Assembly (NCBI RefSeq): GCF_963676685.1
Contig: NC_092352.1
Location: 11,780,001 to 11,844,000 of the forward strand
Direction: 5' to 3'
Source: Mytilus edulis
Lineage: Eukaryota
Length of the DNA: 64,000 nucleotides
Within the stretch, counting starts at the first letter, position 1. Every line of letters starts with the position of its first letter. Below, piece after piece: positions 62,837-64,000 of the stretch. A program made the position numbers and the translations under genes. Below the pieces are notes generated by a model, which was not told where the DNA came from, did no database searches, and was given only the letters and a program-made list of their open reading frames with translations.

Positions 62837-63559
62837 CATACTCAAAAACTGACAAAACTAAAACAGCAGAATACCCTTAAAAATACGGCACTAGTAAGCG
62901 CGCGAAAAAAAAGCAGAATATATATTTTGTTGAAAATAAAAGTCAGGATAAGAAAATCCTTCATGACCCCTCTCCTAGAAATGAAATGATTGCTCTGTTA
63001 TGTAAAGGGTGCACTCAGTGGATGATATTTTCTTTAAATTCAGAATTCGATATATACTTATTAATTAAGAATATGTTAAATTGAATTAAGCTAATACTGA
63101 AATGAGTTTAGCATATGCTGAAATGAGTTAAGCATATGCTATAATGAGTAAAGCATATGCAGGAGTAAATGTATAAGATAATGATTACCTTGATTCAGTA
63201 ATTGACTAATTCGTATTGAACAGATCTGTTTTGTATATATCTATTGTATTGCATCAAGTTAGGAACTGGTTTACACGCATATATTTATGCGCATCAACTA
63301 ATACAACTTGGTTGTGACATAAAAGATCTATGACGTTGTTTCTAGCAATGAAAAAACGTCAAATTATAACGTCCTATTTCGCGTTTTTCACGGATTCCAA
63401 CATTACATGGTGTACTCCTAAAAATACGTCTCCTAAGAAAAGAGGAATTAAGCGTTGCGCTGATATCTTGTGGAAATTTAACACAAATGAACACAATAGA
63501 TACTACACTATATTTAACCTTCAATCTGATAAAAATAATAAAATATAAATTTTGATCTC

Positions 63560-63815
63560 GAACTTTTTGCGCCGATCTGCATTTCATTTTTTTTTTTTTT
63601 ATTCTGTTACATGCGTAGATTTTATCTTATATTTACGCCGATCTGCACTTCATTTTTTTTATTCTTTCACTTGTGTGGATTTTGTCTCATATTTGCGCCG
63701 ATCTGCATTTTATTATTTTTATTCTTTGAATTTTGTAGATTTTGTCTTTCATTTTCGACGAAAGTGTACAGGTAACGTAGATTTTGTCCTTTATTTGCGC
63801 CGAATATGTACAGGT
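63560..63815 (+). repeat. Minisatellite, about 53 bp unit (gcgccgatctgca...gtagattttgtc)
   Basis: three full and two partial units. Confidence 0.8.
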
Positions 63816-63829
63816 TATCGGGGTTATTA

Positions 63830-64000
63830 GAATGGTGAAAGTTATTTATTATATGTCCAATTTATGTTTTCTGGTCTGTGCGTCCGTTTGTCAGTTCGTC
63901 CGTCCTTCCGTCCCAATTCAGGTTTAAGTTTTTGGTCAAGGTAGTTTCGATGAAGTTGAAGTCCTATCAATTTAAAACTTAGTATACATGTTCCCTATGA
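63830..64000 (+). mobile_element. Start of HINE/Helentron-like repeat with GTCC tract
   Basis: gtctgtgcgtccgt..gttcgtccgtccttccgtccc. Confidence 0.4.

Noticed and set aside
63552-63830. Repetitive 92-aa ORF or CRISPR-like array
   Set aside because: Whole units are degenerate copies of each other with no unique spacers and no cas genes; it is a minisatellite.
1-64000. Most 60-100 aa ORFs in the supplied track as independent genes
   Set aside because: They are intron read-through extensions of real exons, antisense shadows, or chance ORFs in AT-rich repeats; this is spliced eukaryotic DNA.
1-64000. tRNA or rRNA genes
   Set aside because: No cloverleaf or rRNA-like conserved segment recognised by eye.

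Overview
AT-rich animal genomic DNA. The repeat content and gene type suggest a bivalve such as Mytilus; this is inference. One large plus-strand gene spans almost the whole window. I could chain 25 exons (1873..62367, 4582 nt, 1527 codons plus 1 nt) with compatible phases and no internal stop, using two GC-AG introns. The gene continues beyond 64000. Predicted protein: signal peptide, small Cys-rich CxCxC module, apextrin C-terminal (ApeC) domain, F-type-lectin-like domain, F5/8C discoidin domain, PAN-like module, 2 CUB, C-type lectin (QPD), 4 LDLa, CASPR/fibrinogen-like module, and a Cys-rich module typical of molluscan GRL101-like LDLa-LRR GPCRs. The introns hold Penelope-like retroelement fragments (Naiad-type RT, GIY-YIG relics), MITEs and tandem repeats. 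They also hold two classes of self-cleaving-ribozyme motif. (i) About 10 minimal type I hammerheads in retrozyme-like repeats; two intact sense copies bracket the 79-nt exon 17 exactly 470 nt apart. (ii) A circularly permuted (P5-type) twister-like motif shared by at least five otherwise dissimilar repeat families, with covariation in both pseudoknots and P1 replaced by two small hairpins. All coordinates were read by hand and may be off by a few bases at repeat edges.
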